Shown here: one piece after another, positions 62,124 to 64,000 of the stretch
Layout of the letters: the number at the start of each line of letters is the position of its first letter
Numbering within the stretch: the first letter of the stretch is position 1
The notes under the pieces: generated by a model
Told to the model about the DNA's origin: nothing
The model's input: only the letters and a program-made list of their open reading frames with translations
Databases searched by the model: none
Source: Clostridia bacterium
Lineage (GTDB): Bacteria; Bacillota; Clostridia; Oscillospirales; CAG-272
Assembly (NCBI GenBank): GCA_017938885.1
Contig: JAGBAS010000022.1
Coordinates: 62,144 to 126,143 of the forward strand
Direction: 5' to 3'
Length of the DNA stretch: 64,000 bases
Program-made: the position numbers and the translations under genes

Positions 62124-64000
62124 TCAAGGCTCGACCGTAACACCCTGTACGACCGTCATTATGCAAAGTCCATCCGTGTCGTCCGTGGGAACCACGGCAA
62201 AGACCACGTCCATCGTCTGGCCTGCAAAAACCGAAAGATCGGCGCAAATACCCGACACGGTTCCTTCAGATCCTTGAAAAACGATCTTATCAGGATGAGA
62301 GGATACCCGATAGCCCGTGGAAGAAAAGAACTGGTCGGCAGATGCGGATATACCTGCGTTTTCGGTCACATTATCAAAGCCGGATCGGTTGTAGAGGGTA
62401 CAAGCCTGCCAGGTCTTACCGCCATCATGAGACCACATATACCGATCGATCCCGCCTTCGGCGACAGCCCAGCCCGCGAGAACCAGCTTCCCGCCGTCGG
62501 CGGTTGCCCCGTTGTAAAGGATCTTGTCCAACGGCTTGTCGGAATTTGTACCGCGGGCATCAAAGGGGCCGTCTCCGTCACCCGTGCCGTTGATGAAATC
62601 GATCATAGAGGCATAACGAACGTCGGAAACCGTATATCCGGAATCAGGATGCACGTAATTCTGGACGGCATTGCCGTTTCCGCCGGGATTCCCTGGCTCC
62701 TTACCCGTTGCAAAATCAATTGTGCCCGCGAGGGTGCCGCTCTCGTAGAGCTCGCCCAGGCCGGTCTTCTGGAAGGAGCAGATATCCTCCAGACTGCCAG
62801 CCATAGCTACGTAACCGATATCTACGTACTCGGTAGCGGGAATAACGCCGTTGAAAACGTCAAAGCGGAGATGCTGAGCGGTGTAGATACCGGTAGAGCC
62901 CGGCTCAAAGGTGGGAAGCCCTTGTTTGGTCAGATCCGCAATGACGTAATGCCATTGACCGTCCGCAGGGATACCTCGGATATAGAAGCTGTCTCCCGCA
63001 TGGGCACCCGTGTGCTCGGTGCTGATGAAAAACTCGAATTCCGTAGTTCTTTGGTTGGTTTCGGGGATACGGCACTTGACGAGCAGGAATGCTCCCGTGG
63101 GAATCTGGTTGCCGTTGGAAAAGACCTGGAAGAAGGTCTCGCCCGCCTCGCCATGTCCATACAGGCGCAGGTAGCTCTTATCCTCAGCCAGCTCCATGCG
63201 TCCGACCCCGGTACCGCCGTCGGCTGAGAGCTTCAGCCCGGCGGGAACCTCATAGACGGTCAGATTGTGTTCCTGAACATCCCCGTCATCCATATTGGGC
63301 CAGCCTGCGAAATCCTCGTCGGCCGTTACCTTGAAGGTACGGCTTTCGATACCGTCCATATTGAAAGCAAACGCATAGGAGTAGGTACCGTTTCGGTCGT
63401 AGTAGACGGCGTACCCGTCGTAGGGATGGGCGTACCCCTTCGTATCCGGTGTGTTGACCGAGCTGAGTGTCAGCTCTACCCACTTGCCGTTGATCTTTTC
63501 ATAAACCTTAGGAGCCGTTAGCTTTTGAAAGCCGTACACACGGATCGCCTTGTTGCCGCTGCCGCCCGTAACCGTGAATTCGGCGCTCTTCCCGTTCGAG
63601 GACTTAACCTTGGGCAGATACACGCTGTCCATAACCTCGCCATCCTGTACCGTGAGCTTCAGCCCATTCAGACAGGTATTCTCCCGGATCCTTTGCATAT
63701 TGCTGTCGTCGGTGGAGGTGTAGAAGCCCCAGGGAACAATGATGAGGGAAAGGGACATGGTATCGCCCTTCTTCAAGGTCGTGGCGCCCAGGTCAAGGGA
63801 AAGGCTATATCGGGAATTCTGTCCGACCATGACAAATCCCGCGTCGCAATCTTTGCCTCCGATGGTGAAGTCGGAATCGTATACAATGACGCCAAGGTTG
63901 GCGTTGTTGTTGCGGAAGGAATCCGAGGTGGCGTTGAGATCGTACAAGGCAATATACGGGAACTGATCGCCCAGCTTAGTCACGACGGGATTGGATTTGG
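62124..64000 (-). CDS. large hypothetical protein, N-terminus outside the window
   Basis: The reading frame stays open to the window edge. The ORF-track start at 63983 is an internal GTG. No recognisable catalytic motif; Gly/Thr/Asp-rich and beta-rich in character. Confidence 0.5.
   Translation of the reverse strand, partial: KSNPVVTKLGDQFPYIALYDLNATSDSFRNNNANLGVIVYDSDFTIGGKDCDAGFVMVGQNSRYSLSLDLGATTLKKGDTMSLSLIIVPWGFYTSTDDSNMQRIRENTCLNGLKLTVQDGEVMDSVYLPKVKSSNGKSAEFTVTGGSGNKAIRVYGFQKLTAPKVYEKINGKWVELTLSSVNTPDTKGYAHPYDGYAVYYDRNGTYSYAFAFNMDGIESRTFKVTADEDFAGWPNMDDGDVQEHNLTVYEVPAGLKLSADGGTGVGRMELAEDKSYLRLYGHGEAGETFFQVFSNGNQIPTGAFLLVKCRIPETNQRTTEFEFFISTEHTGAHAGDSFYIRGIPADGQWHYVIADLTKQGLPTFEPGSTGIYTAQHLRFDVFNGVIPATEYVDIGYVAMAGSLEDICSFQKTGLGELYESGTLAGTIDFATGKEPGNPGGNGNAVQNYVHPDSGYTVSDVRYASMIDFINGTGDGDGPFDARGTNSDKPLDKILYNGATADGGKLVLAGWAVAEGGIDRYMWSHDGGKTWQACTLYNRSGFDNVTENAGISASADQFFSSTGYRVSSHPDKIVFQGSEGTVSGICADLSVFAGQTMDVVFAVVPTDDTDGLCIMTVVQGVTVEP

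Noticed and set aside
1-64000. CRISPR arrays, rRNA genes, toxin-antitoxin pairs, known anti-phage defence systems and RiPP precursor genes.
   Set aside because: I saw no regularly spaced direct repeats, rRNA-like sequence, or characteristic small-gene pairs or domains while reading both strands. The vWA genes here look like the classic Bat/MoxR type rather than a conflict-system variant. That judgement is by eye only.

Overview
This looks like a chromosomal window from a moderately high-GC Firmicutes/Clostridia-type genome. That call is an inference from AGGAGG ribosome-binding sites, TTGACA-17-TATAAT promoters with TG extensions, lipoprotein signals and the protein families present. No rRNA, CRISPR array, transposase, integrase or phage gene was seen.

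Contents in order:
- 22-11167 (+): a DUF58/vWA (Bat-like, presumably MoxR-associated) operon extended by three lipoproteins. One carries 5 His/Cys-rich repeats.
- 11229-24679 (-): housekeeping genes. These are a YbaK-like deacylase, GNAT, aminotransferase, NUDIX fusion, DUF362, trmB, ychF, and aconitase plus NADP-IDH with two TIM-barrel isomerase-like genes.
- 24828-32315: three secreted glycoside-hydrolase-like proteins that share an unusual Cys-containing C-terminal anchor.
- 32391-42476: a fused MacB-type ABC transporter, a MecA-like adaptor, a DagK-family kinase, tcdA, a NUDIX hydrolase, murQ, an SGNH hydrolase, and a membrane protein with a Cys-rich tail.
- 42796-50124 (+): a tightly coupled 7-gene acyl-transfer cassette. 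It encodes an adenylation-carrier didomain, a GPH/MFS transporter, two PlsC-type acyltransferases, a fatty-acyl ligase, an ACP and an LRAT-like enzyme. I consider this the best candidate for an undescribed system.
- 50872-58039 (-): three paralogous sigma/anti-sigma-like modules. Two of them sit in a roughly 4 kb low-GC island.
- 58329-61452 (-): a GuaA ATP-pyrophosphatase-only gene, a CofE-like ligase and an XRE-HTH/phosphoribosyltransferase fusion.
- 61786-61861 (+): tRNA-Lys(UUU).
- 62124-64000 (-): a partial large protein running off the window edge.

All functional calls come from motif recognition by eye. No database search was run.
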